This document shows positions 7,430 to 8,413 of a DNA stretch of 8,413 nucleotides, piece by piece. The translations under genes and the position numbers were made by a program. The stretch is from the NCBI GenBank assembly GCA_001179505.1, contig CDMY01000953.1, positions 1-8,413 on the forward strand, read 5' to 3'. The DNA is from Vitrella brassicaformis CCMP3155 (taxonomy: Eukaryota > Protista > Chromerida). Within the stretch, counting starts at the first letter, position 1, and every line of letters starts with the position of its first letter. A model generated the notes under the pieces. The model saw only the letters and a program-made list of their open reading frames with translations, was not told the origin of the DNA and did not search any database.

Positions 7430-7550
7430 TTGACTGACTGGTCAGTCCATCGGTCTTACTAAAGTAAAAACACTCTTACTGGGACTTACCGCCCAGCAGA
7501 TCCTCTATTCAGCTAACTACAGGAAAGGTCCTCACCGGCCTTTTCGCACA

Positions 7551-7966
7551 GCTTTACCTCTTCAAGGGCAAGCGGACGTAGAGAGAATCTAGTGGGTGAA
7601 GACGTCGTCGGGATTTCCCAAGTCTTTACGTACTGGCGCACTGCCGGTGGCAAGTACTTTTGAAACACCCAAATGCAAGTGATGGTGATCGATGCGAAAA
7701 GCAGTGGGATCAGCAGGCCAACGCGCCCGATTGCCTTTATTTTGCTTCGCCCATTTGCCCGGGCGAGTGCTCTGGACTACTTTTTCTCCGCTTGTTCGTC
7801 CGATCGGTCCTTTCCGGGGCTGCCAAAGTCGACAGCAATACAATAAGAATATTTTGCGTTGTTTTAGATATTTTTCGGCGGTTTTCCGGTTTTTAATATT
7901 TTTCGGCACATTTGGGACGTTTTTAAAAAATGCCCGAGGGGAAGAGGCTTGCACGGGGTGAATGCT
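7551..7966 (+). repeat. Unclassified ~400-bp repeat, copy 2
   Basis: Direct-orientation near-identical copy of 6477-6879. Its true right end cannot be set because copy 1 is cut by the gap. Confidence 0.93.
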
Positions 7967-8413
7967 GCTCAATTCTAGAACACGGGGGAGATGCTGACAT
8001 CTCCCTCCCTTCATCAGCGCAGCGGTATATCATCAACGATGAGGCCAAATGCTCTTCAGTGTCATGTTTCTTCTCGTGTGTTAACTGTCTGTGTGTCATT
8101 TCATGCCACCCTGTAGCATTCCCTCCCTTCATGTGCTGGGCTCTGAACATGAATGCATCCACTGACTCGGTGAGAGTCCCCCTACTCCACATCTGTTCGC
8201 TACTTTCTCACACAAGTAAGGCGCCCAGACGAGCTGAGCGCGGTGCACGACCCCCCGGTTGAGCATGCGGGATCGGCATTTGGCAATTGAGCTGTTGCTT
8301 ATGAACATGAATACAGTAAGAACTGCTTCACACATTGCTCAGAACTGTAAACATGCAAAGCACCATCTGTTTGTCTTTACATCACGAACTTGCGTCGCTT
8401 GGCGATGAAGCAA

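Overview
This is a eukaryotic-looking genomic window: GC-rich, with GT..AG intron-like tracts, microsatellites and a 300-N scaffold gap at 6880-7179. A protist origin, possibly a chromerid-type alveolate, is my guess from style only. Two protein-coding units are recognisable, both on the minus strand. The first is an intronless polysaccharide pyruvyl transferase-family gene (3386-4423) with an N-terminal membrane anchor. The second is a Ty3/gypsy-like Gag (about 2850 to 788) with a very long Pro/Gln-rich N-terminus, whose capsid domain is split by a -1 frame change near 1240-1260; no pol follows it. An LTR-like repeat occurs twice in inverted orientation (181-298 and 7232-7429, the latter directly after a polypurine tract) and brackets both genes. 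A ~400-bp unclassified repeat occurs twice in direct orientation (6477-6879, 7551-7966). The intergenic 5.1-6.15 kb region carries a cluster of short, near-perfect tandem duplications. I see no rRNA, tRNA or CRISPR array. All calls come from manual motif recognition, with no database search.
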